Assembly (NCBI GenBank): GCA_963809425.1
Contig: CAWEJK010000009.1
Coordinates: 77,228 to 141,227, forward strand
Length of the DNA: 64,000 nucleotides
Direction: 5' to 3'
Source of the DNA: Thermoanaerobaculia bacterium
GTDB lineage: Bacteria; Acidobacteriota; Thermoanaerobaculia; UBA5066
Shown here: one piece after another, positions 1 to 7,903 of the stretch
How positions within the stretch are numbered: position 1 is the first letter of the stretch
How the letters are laid out: the number at the start of each line of letters is the position of its first letter
The notes under the pieces: model-generated
Database searches by the model: none
What the model saw: only the letters and a program-made list of their open reading frames with translations
Told to the model about the DNA's origin: nothing
Program-made: the position numbers and the translations under genes

Positions 1-732
1 CAGGCCGCCGCCCAGAGAAAAGACTGGCCGCTCGTGATCCAGAAGATGAACGACGCGCTGGCCACGGGGCACACGCACGCGAGGCAGCATTTCGGCGCGA
101 GCCGCTACACGGTGGACCTCTACGACCCCTATTACTGGCTCGGCGTCGCGCACATGGAGCTCGGGGAGGTTCTCGAGGCGAAGCGCAACCTCCTCCTCTC
201 CCGGAGCGAGGGAGTCATCGACGGGTTTTCGGAGTCGGCGGATCTCCTCGGCCGGCTCGGGGCGCTCGAGCGCCGCGAGGCACAGCAGTCCGCCGTGCGG
301 GAATTACCCACGCCGGCGCCTCCGGGGGCGACGCCCACGGCGCCGGTCCCGGTGTCGGTGACGGTGCCGATCCCCGTCCCTGCCGCGGCCCCGACTGCCG
401 GCGCCCCGGCCGGTGAGCCCGGAGCCCCGGACGCGCGCGAGGCCGGGGATGCCGGCCCAGAGCGCATCCTGACGCTCTTTTCGGCCGGCGACTTCGCCGG
501 GGCCGAGGCCGGGGTCGAGAGATTCCGGCGTGCCCGCCCGGAGGCCCGGGAGGCGGACCTCCTCGCGTCCCTCGTTCTCGGCACGCGCTACGTCCTCGAG
601 GGAAGGGCCGATCCCGGCCTCCTCGCCCGCGCGAGGAAGGCCCTCGCTTCCTGGCGGAAGAAGGGCGGCGGACGCCGGACGGAGGAGGCGCTTCTCTCCC
701 CGTCGCTCCTCGCGACGCTGAACGGGACCTGA
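1..732 (+). CDS. hypothetical protein, C-terminal part (frame open to window start)
   Basis: Frame 1 is open from nt 1 and the ORF track gives 34..732. TPR-like helical segment (YYWLGVAHMELGEVLEAKRNL), then a Pro/Ala-rich linker. No catalytic motif recognised. Confidence 0.5.
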   Translation, partial: QAAAQRKDWPLVIQKMNDALATGHTHARQHFGASRYTVDLYDPYYWLGVAHMELGEVLEAKRNLLLSRSEGVIDGFSESADLLGRLGALERREAQQSAVRELPTPAPPGATPTAPVPVSVTVPIPVPAAAPTAGAPAGEPGAPDAREAGDAGPERILTLFSAGDFAGAEAGVERFRRARPEAREADLLASLVLGTRYVLEGRADPGLLARARKALASWRKKGGGRRTEEALLSPSLLATLNGT

Positions 733-736
733 CGCC

Positions 737-1966
737 TCAGCGCGCGCGGACGACCCAGGTGCCGGCCGCGAGGTCCTGAAGGGCCCTCTTGTCCTTTTCG
801 AAGAAGGCCAGGATCCACCCGAGGCCCAGCGGCAGTCCCGCGAGCACGAGGACGACCGCGCGGATCAGAGCCGCCTTCCAGCCGATGCCACGTCCCCCGA
901 TCTCCCCGCGTTTGACGACCGTGAGCCCGAGAAGGGACTTTCCGGGCGTGCGCCCGCGCCACGCCCAGCCTCCGACGACGTACAGCGCGTTCGCGAGCGC
1001 GGCAAGAAGGAACGAGAGGATCGTGATGCCTCGAAAGGCCCAGTCCGGAGCCGCGTCGCGCGTCTGGAGCTCCGCGCGGAAGTAGTCGATCAGGAAGACG
1101 GGAGCGAAGAGGAGCAGGTTGATCGCCGTGAGGATGACGGCGTCGACGAGAGCCGCGAGGAGGCGGGCGAACGGGTTCGCGGCGTTTCGCGGGCCCGCGT
1201 TCAACGCCGGCGCGCGCCGCTCGCGGAAGGCCGCCGCGCGTTCGACCGTCGCGATGCGCGGGGGCGCCTGGGACGAGTTCATCTGGATCGAGACGTCCGC
1301 CAGCTCGCGGGCCGCGGGCGCCGGCGGGAACGGCTCCGCGACCGCCGGGACGCCGTCGGATGGCGCGACGGTCGAGATCTCGTCCGGGGGCCGGAGCGCC
1401 GCCGGGAAGGCCTCGCGGAACCCGGAGCTCGGCCTGACCGGCGTGCCTTTCCGATCGACGTCGCGGAAGAGGTCGGAGGCCGACATTTCGTCGGGTGGAA
1501 CGACGACCGGCGGCGGCGGAACCCCCGGAAGCGTGCTGCCCGGAGCGGGCTCGTAGGTGATCGCGGACGGCTGCGGCGGCGCGGACGCCGCCGGCGCAAC
1601 GGGCGGCACCGCCGACCGCGGCGCCAGCGCCTCCGGCCCGAGGAGCGCGGTGCGCTCGGACGGCGCGTTCGGCGCCACGATGCGAAGGTCGATCACGGCC
1701 GCGCCGATCTGGATGCGATCCCCGCTCTGGAGACGCGTCTCGCGGGAAATCCTCTTGCCGCCCACGTAGGTGCCGTTCGAGGAGTTCAGGTCCTTGACGA
1801 TCGCCTCGCCGCTGTTGAGCGTGAGGAGAGCGTGCGAGCGCGAAACGGATTCGTGTTCGAGCCGAACGGTCGACGTCCGGCTGCGACCGAGCGTGGCCTC
1901 TCCATCCGAGAGGTCGATCTCGCGGCCCTCCACCGAGAGCACGTAGCGGTAGACCTCGGTCGTCAC
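737..1966 (-). CDS. FHA domain protein with C-terminal RDD membrane domain
   Basis: N-terminal FHA signature (LGRSRTSTVRLEHESVSRSHALL...SSNGTYVGGKRI). Pro-rich linker. C-terminal RDD-type TM domain (RLLAALVDAVIL...GRTPGKSLLGLTVV). GTG start overlaps the uvrA-like stop as GTGA (1963-1966). Confidence 0.85.
   Translation of the reverse strand: MTTEVYRYVLSVEGREIDLSDGEATLGRSRTSTVRLEHESVSRSHALLTLNSGEAIVKDLNSSNGTYVGGKRISRETRLQSGDRIQIGAAVIDLRIVAPNAPSERTALLGPEALAPRSAVPPVAPAASAPPQPSAITYEPAPGSTLPGVPPPPVVVPPDEMSASDLFRDVDRKGTPVRPSSGFREAFPAALRPPDEISTVAPSDGVPAVAEPFPPAPAARELADVSIQMNSSQAPPRIATVERAAAFRERRAPALNAGPRNAANPFARLLAALVDAVILTAINLLLFAPVFLIDYFRAELQTRDAAPDWAFRGITILSFLLAALANALYVVGGWAWRGRTPGKSLLGLTVVKRGEIGGRGIGWKAALIRAVVLVLAGLPLGLGWILAFFEKDKRALQDLAAGTWVVRAR
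784..809 (-). repeat. single copy of the TTCNNNGAA-core AT-rich repeat family, in frame in the FHA-RDD gene
   Basis: The + strand reads ccctcttgtccttttcgaagaaggc. It encodes AFFEKDKRA on the minus strand and matches the reverse consensus CCCTCTTCACCTTCTAAGAA. Confidence 0.5.
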
Positions 1967-3117
1967 GGTGACGGAAATTGTACCCGCCTCCGCAGCGCCG
2001 CGGCGGTCGGCGTGCCGCCGAGGGCGGCGAGAGCCCCGGGAGTCCCCGAAAACACGAGGCGCCCGCCGGCCGGACCCCCGTCGGGACCCAGTTCCACGAG
2101 GTAATCCGCGCGGGCCAGGAATGCCGTGTTGTGCTCCACGGCGACGATCGAATGGCCGGCCGCGATGAGGCGCCGGAGGACCGCGAGGAGCACGTCCACG
2201 TCGGAAGGCGCCAGCCCGGTCGTCGGCTCGTCGAAGATGAAGAGCGCCGGTTCGTCCGGGCCGCCGCTCCTCAGGAAGGACGCGATCTTCAACCGCTGCG
2301 CTTCACCGCCCGAGAGCGTCCCGGTGGACTGGCCGAGCGTGAGATAGCCGAGACCCGCTTCCGCGAGCGGCGCGAGCCGCTCGGCGATCGCGCGGACGTC
2401 GGCGAAGAGGTCGCGCGCCTCGTCCACCGTCGTGGCGAGAAGCTCGTCCACGTTTCGTCCGCGCAGGCGGACCTCGAGCACGACGGACTTGAATCGCCGC
2501 CCGTCGCAAACGTCGCACACGACCGTCACGTCGGCGAGGAACTGCATGTCCACCGTCACGACGCCGGCGCCCTCGCAACGCTCGCAGCGGCCGCCTTTCG
2601 CATTGAAGCTGAACGCTCCCTTCTCGAGGCGGCGCGCCTTCGCGGCGGGCGTGCGCGCGAGAAGCGTCCTGATCTCGTCCCATGCCTTCGTGTACGTGGC
2701 GGCATTCGAGCGCGAGGAGCGCCCGAGCGGCGACTGGTCCACGAGAATCACGTCCGAGACCCTCTCGAGACCCTCGATCGCGTCGTGCGAGCCGACCTCG
2801 TCCACGCCCGGGAGCACGCCCTTTCCCATCCGCTGCCGCGCGCCCGCGGCGAGGACGTCCACGACGAGCGAGGATTTTCCGGAGCCGGACACACCGGACA
2901 CCGCGACGAGCCTGTGGAGAGGGAAAGAGACGGAAATATTTTGAAGATTATTTGCTCGCGCACCCCGGATCAGGATCGATTCGACGGAGCTCAGTTGCAG
3001 ACTGGAAGAAGATATTTTCTTAGAAGGTGAAGAGGGGTCGGGGCGCGTCCTACCAGCCCGCGCACGACCAGCGACCGCGCCGATGCGCGCCGGCGGTTCG
3101 AGCGCGCTTTCGCTCAC
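1963..3117 (-). CDS. uvrA: UvrA-family ABC ATPase, C-terminal ABC module (separate frame from the N-terminal module)
   Basis: ILIRGARANNLQNISVSFPL, Walker A GVSGSGKSS, zinc motifs CERCEG and CDVCDG, signature LSGGEAQR, Walker B FIFDEPT. First plausible start after the N-module stop is GTG 3117. The frame stays open further upstream. Confidence 0.8.
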   Translation of the reverse strand: MSESALEPPARIGAVAGRARAGRTRPDPSSPSKKISSSSLQLSSVESILIRGARANNLQNISVSFPLHRLVAVSGVSGSGKSSLVVDVLAAGARQRMGKGVLPGVDEVGSHDAIEGLERVSDVILVDQSPLGRSSRSNAATYTKAWDEIRTLLARTPAAKARRLEKGAFSFNAKGGRCERCEGAGVVTVDMQFLADVTVVCDVCDGRRFKSVVLEVRLRGRNVDELLATTVDEARDLFADVRAIAERLAPLAEAGLGYLTLGQSTGTLSGGEAQRLKIASFLRSGGPDEPALFIFDEPTTGLAPSDVDVLLAVLRRLIAAGHSIVAVEHNTAFLARADYLVELGPDGGPAGGRLVFSGTPGALAALGGTPTAAALRRRVQFPSP

Positions 3118-3245
3118 ACCCCCTTCTAAGAAAGCGCCGAAGGCGCCCACCGTTTCGGCAGCCAGTGCGTGATTCGACGCAGTCGGCCCGTAACCGCCTG
3201 AGTCCGAAGCAAAGATCTTCTCTCCCTCTCCCTCTCCCTCTTCAG
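2931..3245. repeat. composite AT-rich repeat island at the uvrA-like module junction (copies at 2931-2955+, 3004-3037+, 3115-3138-, 3206-3245-)
   Basis: Copy A is ggaagaagatattttcttagaaggtgaagagggg. Copy B is cacacccccttctaagaaagcgcc. Copy C is gaagcaaagatcttctctccctctccctctccctcttcag. GC-rich filler lies between them. The TAG that ends the N-module ORF (3126-3128) lies inside copy B. Confidence 0.8.
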
Positions 3246-4997
3246 CGATCTGCCAGTCGCCGTGTCCTGTTCCTCCAGCTCCGCGGGCGAACCTTCGAAG
3301 ACGAGCCGGCCGCCTCTGGCGCCGGCGCCGGGGCCGAGGTCGATGACGTGGTCCGCGGCGCGGATCACGTCCGTGTCGTGCTCGACGGCGACGACCGCGT
3401 TGCCGCCCGCCGCGAGCCGCCGGATGACGCCGAGCAGCCGCTCGGTGTCGCGCGGATGGAGGCCGACGGTCGGCTCGTCGAGGACGTAGAGCGTTCCGGT
3501 GAGCGCGTTGCCGATGGCCGAGCCGAGCTGGATGCGTTGGGCTTCTCCGCCCGAGAGCGTGCGCATCGTGCGTGAGAGCGTGAGATAGGAGAGCCCGATC
3601 TCGACGAGCGTCGACACGCGGCGCCGGAGCTCGTCGACGAGCGACGCCCCCCGCGCGCGCTCTTCCGCGAGGGGAAGTGCGCCCTCGAGAAACACGAGCA
3701 GCTCGTCGAGCGTCAGGGCCGCGACCTCGGCGATCGTCTTTCCGGCCAGCGTGACCGCGAGCGCCTCCGGCTTGAGCCGCGCGCCCGCGCAGGCCGGGCA
3801 CGGCGTGTAGCCGCGATAGCGCGAGAGCAGCACGCGGACGTGCACCTTGTAGCGCTTCTTCTCGAGGTACTTGAAGAGCCCCTCGACGCCGTACCAGTCG
3901 CCCGCGCCTTTCCACACGACCTCGCGCTCGCGCGGGGTCAGCTCGTTCCAGGGCACGTTCCAGCGCACCTTGTTCCGCCGGGAGACCGCCCGCAGGTCGT
4001 CGTACGCGCTCTCGTAGGCGGGCGAATTGAACGGCGCGATCGGCCGCCCCGCGAGCGACTTTCGCGGGTCGGGAACGACGCGGGCCGGATCGATGCCCGC
4101 CACGCGCCCGAAGCCCTGGCAGGTCTCGCACGCGCCCCGCGGCGAGTTGAACGAGAAGAGGGCCGGCACGGGATCCGTGAAGCGCCGCGCGCAGGCGTCG
4201 CAGACGAGGCCGCGAAAAAAGCGGCGGGCGGAGGAAAGACCAGGACCCTCTCCGCTCCTCAATGCGAAGAGCTTCCCGTCACCGGAGTCGAATGCCATTG
4301 AAAGGGAAGAGAGAAGTTCCGGATCCGAAGAAGCGAGCACGTGGCGCCCGACGAGCAGCGGAAAGGCTCCAAGCGGCTCCGCCGCTTCCCTCATCTCTTT
4401 CTCATTCAAAGAAATTTCCAGTACGTGACCCAACGCACTGACATAGCGGAAGAAGCCCTGCCTTCTCCACTCCGCGCTCTCGGCGTCGAACGACTGGACC
4501 CTGCGCGGCGCGATCACGAGGATCCGCGCGCCCTCTCCCCATTCTGAAAGCAGGATTTCCCGTAGTCCTTCGACGGTGTGGCGCGTGACGAGTGTGCCGT
4601 CGTTCGGGCACCGAAGAGTCCCCGCCGCCGCGAACAGGAGCCGCAGGACGTCGTGGATCTCGGTCGCGGTCCCCACGGTGGACCGGGCCGAGCGTCCCGG
4701 CGCCTTCTGCTCGATCGCAAGCGCGGGCAGGACGTGCTCGATGAGGTCCACGTCGGGGCGCTCGAGGCGCTCGAGGTACTGCCGGGCGTACGTGGACATG
4801 GATTCGACGAACCGGCGCTGGCCCTCCGCGTAGAGCGTGTCGAAGGCGAGCGAGGATTTCCCGGAGCCCGAAGGGCCCGTGACGACGGTGAACGCGCCGA
4901 CGGGAAAAGAGCACGTCACGTTCTTCAGGTTGTGCGTACGCGCACGCACGACCGTGATCGAAGCGGCGCCCCGCACGGGCTCGGCCCGCCGCGTCAC
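3126..4997 (-). CDS. uvrA: UvrA-family ABC ATPase, N-terminal ABC module
   Basis: Walker A GPSGSGKSSLAFDTLYAEGQRRFVES, Cys motifs CDACARRF, CETCQGFG and CPACAGARL, signature LSGGEAQR, Walker B YVLDEPT. GTG start at 4997 overlaps the methyltransferase stop as GTGA. The ORF-track extension up to 5840 is a shadow frame over the methyltransferase. Confidence 0.8.
   Translation of the reverse strand: MTRRAEPVRGAASITVVRARTHNLKNVTCSFPVGAFTVVTGPSGSGKSSLAFDTLYAEGQRRFVESMSTYARQYLERLERPDVDLIEHVLPALAIEQKAPGRSARSTVGTATEIHDVLRLLFAAAGTLRCPNDGTLVTRHTVEGLREILLSEWGEGARILVIAPRRVQSFDAESAEWRRQGFFRYVSALGHVLEISLNEKEMREAAEPLGAFPLLVGRHVLASSDPELLSSLSMAFDSGDGKLFALRSGEGPGLSSARRFFRGLVCDACARRFTDPVPALFSFNSPRGACETCQGFGRVAGIDPARVVPDPRKSLAGRPIAPFNSPAYESAYDDLRAVSRRNKVRWNVPWNELTPREREVVWKGAGDWYGVEGLFKYLEKKRYKVHVRVLLSRYRGYTPCPACAGARLKPEALAVTLAGKTIAEVAALTLDELLVFLEGALPLAEERARGASLVDELRRRVSTLVEIGLSYLTLSRTMRTLSGGEAQRIQLGSAIGNALTGTLYVLDEPTVGLHPRDTERLLGVIRRLAAGGNAVVAVEHDTDVIRAADHVIDLGPGAGARGGRLVFEGSPAELEEQDTATGRSLKRERERERRSLLRTQAVTGRLRRITHWLPKRWAPSALS
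4295..4562. repeat. three copies of the AT-rich repeat family inside the uvrA-like N module (4295-4316+, 4385-4421-, 4531-4562-)
   Basis: Sequences are ccattgaaagggaagagagaag, cttccctcatctctttctcattcaaagaaatttccag and ccctctccccattctgaaagcaggatttcccg. All are in frame (SSLSMAF, EISLNEKEMREA, REILLSEWGEG). Confidence 0.6.
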
Positions 4998-5581
4998 CGC
5001 GAGAAGACCGCGAGCTGGTTCATGCCGAAGAGAAAGCGCCGGTACGCGACCGGGGAAAGGCCCGCCGCCCGCCCCGCCGTCTCGAGATCCTTGCGCGAGA
5101 GGAGACCTTCGTGCTCTTCGTGGGCGTGGGACGACAGGAGGCCGAGAGCGGCCCCGATCTCCAGCGCGAACCGTCCGTGCGGGTGCGGCGTCGTCGCAAT
5201 CACCCGGCCTCCCGGGGAAAGGAGAGGAGAAAGGCGGCAGAGAATCGCGGGGGGGTCGGCCGCGTGCTCGAGGACCGCGAGGAGGAGGATTGCCTCGAAT
5301 GGCGCCCTCGCCTGGAGCGCCGCCGGAGCCGCGTCTCGACCGATGTCCCATTCGAAGAAATCCCTGTTCGGGAATCTCTCCCGCTGCGCCCCGAGCACGT
5401 CCGGATTCCGGTCGCAGCCGACGTACGCAGGCAACCGCCCCGGAAGATCCGTCAGACCGCAGCCGACGTCGAGCACGCGCGCGCCAGCGGGCACGTGCGG
5501 CAGCGCGGCGGCGAGGCGGAACGCCCCGACGCGCCTCGTGAGCCGGCCATAAAAGGCCGGCGGCCGGGAATTCAAGGACAC
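4994..5581 (-). CDS. class I SAM-dependent methyltransferase
   Basis: Motif I VLDVGCGLTD, followed by LLAVLEH and LSPGGRVI. 195 aa. Translationally coupled to the uvrA-like gene. Confidence 0.85.
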   Translation of the reverse strand: MSLNSRPPAFYGRLTRRVGAFRLAAALPHVPAGARVLDVGCGLTDLPGRLPAYVGCDRNPDVLGAQRERFPNRDFFEWDIGRDAAPAALQARAPFEAILLLAVLEHAADPPAILCRLSPLLSPGGRVIATTPHPHGRFALEIGAALGLLSSHAHEEHEGLLSRKDLETAGRAAGLSPVAYRRFLFGMNQLAVFSR

Positions 5582-5610
5582 GCGGGGGTTTTACACCCTC
5601 CACCGTAAGA

Positions 5611-6105
5611 TTGGCGCCCATGAGCGAACCCGCGTTCACTCTCCGGGCCGCGCTCCCGGCCGACGTGCCCACGATCGTCTCCCTGATCCGCGATCTCGCG
5701 GAGTACGAAAGACAGCCCGAGGACTGCCATGCCGACGCCCGGCTCCTCGAAGAGCACCTGTTCGGGGCGAAGCGATTTGCCGAAGTCGTCCTCGCGGAAC
5801 TCGCCGGCGAGACCGCCGGTTTCGCGCTCTTTTTCCACAACTACTCGACGTGGCTCACCCGGCCGGGTCTCTACCTCGAGGACCTTTTCGTGAAGCCCGC
5901 GTTCCGGGGGCTCGGAATCGGCGAGGCCCTTCTCAGGCATCTCGCCCGGCTCGCGGTCGCCCGCGGCTGCGGGCGCATGGAGTGGAGCGTCCTCGCGTGG
6001 AACGAATCGGCGATCGGATTTTACAGACGCCTCGGAGCCGTTCCGATGGACGGATGGCAGGTCTACCGTCTCGCCGGTGACGCCCTGAACCGTCTCGGGC
6101 GATAA
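5611..6105 (+). CDS. GNAT family N-acetyltransferase (diamine/spermidine acetyltransferase-like)
   Basis: Acetyl-CoA binding motif LFVKPAFRGLGIGEALL. Also WNESAIGFYRRLGA. Alternative ATG start at 5620. Confidence 0.9.
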   Translation: MAPMSEPAFTLRAALPADVPTIVSLIRDLAEYERQPEDCHADARLLEEHLFGAKRFAEVVLAELAGETAGFALFFHNYSTWLTRPGLYLEDLFVKPAFRGLGIGEALLRHLARLAVARGCGRMEWSVLAWNESAIGFYRRLGAVPMDGWQVYRLAGDALNRLGR

Positions 6106-6133
6106 TCGACCGAGAGTCCGGGGGACACGAGAC

Positions 6134-7903
6134 GTGCAGAAGAGCCGATCGCAGACGGACACGCAGCCCATCCGCATCCGCGAAGCGCGGAAGGGATCCG
6201 GCGTCGTGCGGCGCCCGGTGTCCCTGCTCGTGGATTCGCCGGACCCCACGGCTCTCTTCGACCGCCTGGGCCGCGTCCTGCTCGCGAACGAGGCCGCGCT
6301 TTCCGAAGGTACTCCCGGGCCCGGGACCCTCGACGACGCGCCCGAGAGCGCGCCGCCTTTCTGGCTTTCGCCCTCCGGACGCGACAGGCTGATCGAGGCC
6401 ACGGCCGTGCCCGGTGGCGCGCGAAACCTCGAGGTGCGCATCCCGGCCGGACCCGAGACCGGCGAGCGCATTTTCTGGGTCAGGACGCGCATCGCCGCCG
6501 AGTCCGCGGCCGGAGGCTTTCTCGCGGCGGCCCGGGAGGTGACGGGCGCGGTCGGCGACCTGTCGCGCGCGGAGCCGGGCGAGACCGTGGCCGAGGCCGC
6601 CGACGCGCTCACCGGGTTCGCGAACCGCGAGCAGTTCCACTTCGAGCTCGAGCGCGAGCTCGCGCGCGCGGACCTCTTCGGCCGGCCCCTCGCGCTCCTC
6701 GTCTTCGGGCTCGACAATTTCAAGACCCTGAACGACACGCACGGCCTTCTCGCGGGCGACGATTACCTGCGGACGATGGCCGAGACCCTCCGCGCCACGC
6801 TGATGGGCGGCGAGACCGCGGGGCGCGTCGGCGGCGACGAGATCGCAATGCTGCTTCCCGGCGCGTCCGCTGCGGAAGCCGCGCTGCGCGCCGAGGCGGT
6901 GATCTCTCTCATCCGCCGGCTCGCGCCCGTGTGGGAAGGCAACGCGCTCACGCTGACGGCGAGCGCGGGCGTCGCGATCTTTCCCGAGCACGCGGGCGGC
7001 GCCGCCGATCTCTTTCTCGCGGCCGATCTCGCCATGCACCAGGCGAAGCGCCGCGGCGGCGGCCGCGTGCGCCTCCACGACCCCCTGGATCGCGAGCGCG
7101 ACCGCACGGGCCGGCTGCGCGAACAGTCGAATCGCATTCGCGCGGCCCTCGCCGAGTCCCGATTCGTTCCCTATTTCCAGCCGGTGGCGGAGGTCGGAAG
7201 CGGCCGCATCGTCGCCGTCGAGACGCTCGCGCGGATGCGCGAGCCCGACGGACGCATCGCCCTTCCCGCCGAGTTCCTCGGCGCGGCCGAGCGATTCGGC
7301 ATCGTGACGGCCATCGATCGCGCGATCATCACGGCGGCCTTCGACGCCCTCGCGACGGCCCGCAAGCGGATCAGCCCCGAGCTCGAGATCAGCATCAACC
7401 TGTCGGGCCTCGACTTCGACGACGACACGCTCGTCGCCGACATCTCGCGGATGGCCCGCGCGAAGGGCATCCGCCCCGAGCGCGTCACGTTCGAGATCAC
7501 GGAGACCGCCGCGCTCCGGGATTTCGACCGCGTGCGCGACTTCACGAACGCGCTCACCGGCGAAGGCTTCCACTTCGCGCTCGACGACTTCGGCATGGGC
7601 TTCTCGTCGTTCCGCTACCTCAGGGAGCTGCCCGTCTCGTCGCTGAAGCTGGACATCAGCTACGTTCGGGACCTCCCGAAGGAGAAGGCGAATCGCGTCT
7701 TCGTGCGCGGAATGGCGGGGATCTGCCGCGGCCTCGGTGTGAAGACGGTGGCCGAGGGCGTCGAGTCGGAGGACGTCATGGACATCCTCCCGGAGCTCGG
7801 CGTCGATCGCGCGCAGGGCTGGCACGTGGGCTATCCCTCCCCCGACCTCCCGATCGCCGAGGCCGGCGCGAGTCTCATCCTCCCGCGGAGGCCGCGGCTC
7901 TGA
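6134..7903 (+). CDS. GGDEF/EAL domain c-di-GMP turnover protein with N-terminal sensor region
   Basis: GGDEF-domain motifs FGLDNFKTLNDTHG and RVGGDEIAMLL. EAL-domain motifs VAVETLAR, EITETAAL and DDFGMGFSS. Confidence 0.9.
   Translation: MQKSRSQTDTQPIRIREARKGSGVVRRPVSLLVDSPDPTALFDRLGRVLLANEAALSEGTPGPGTLDDAPESAPPFWLSPSGRDRLIEATAVPGGARNLEVRIPAGPETGERIFWVRTRIAAESAAGGFLAAAREVTGAVGDLSRAEPGETVAEAADALTGFANREQFHFELERELARADLFGRPLALLVFGLDNFKTLNDTHGLLAGDDYLRTMAETLRATLMGGETAGRVGGDEIAMLLPGASAAEAALRAEAVISLIRRLAPVWEGNALTLTASAGVAIFPEHAGGAADLFLAADLAMHQAKRRGGGRVRLHDPLDRERDRTGRLREQSNRIRAALAESRFVPYFQPVAEVGSGRIVAVETLARMREPDGRIALPAEFLGAAERFGIVTAIDRAIITAAFDALATARKRISPELEISINLSGLDFDDDTLVADISRMARAKGIRPERVTFEITETAALRDFDRVRDFTNALTGEGFHFALDDFGMGFSSFRYLRELPVSSLKLDISYVRDLPKEKANRVFVRGMAGICRGLGVKTVAEGVESEDVMDILPELGVDRAQGWHVGYPSPDLPIAEAGASLILPRRPRL

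Noticed and set aside
3117-3133. Programmed ribosomal frameshifting at CTT-AGA-AGG, which resembles the Ty1-like CUU-AGG-C site or prfB-like CUU-UGA, to fuse the two uvrA-like modules.
   Set aside because: Moving from the N-module frame to the C-module frame at this site needs a -1/+2 shift, not the +1 shift those signals promote. The acyl-CoA ligase would need two separate shifts. Most copies sit in genes with no frame change. I did not recognise a frameshift-stimulating structure at the site, but I could not test this systematically.
4998-5840. The 5' extension of track ORF 3126..5840, and similar N-terminal extensions of 1963..4131, 6931..9621, 8013..10985, 28873..30504, 35418..38333, 48103..51009 and 53425..56784.
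   Set aside because: The extensions overlap well-supported neighbouring genes and are compositionally aberrant. Internal starts with NTGA coupling or Shine-Dalgarno motifs give proteins of normal family length.
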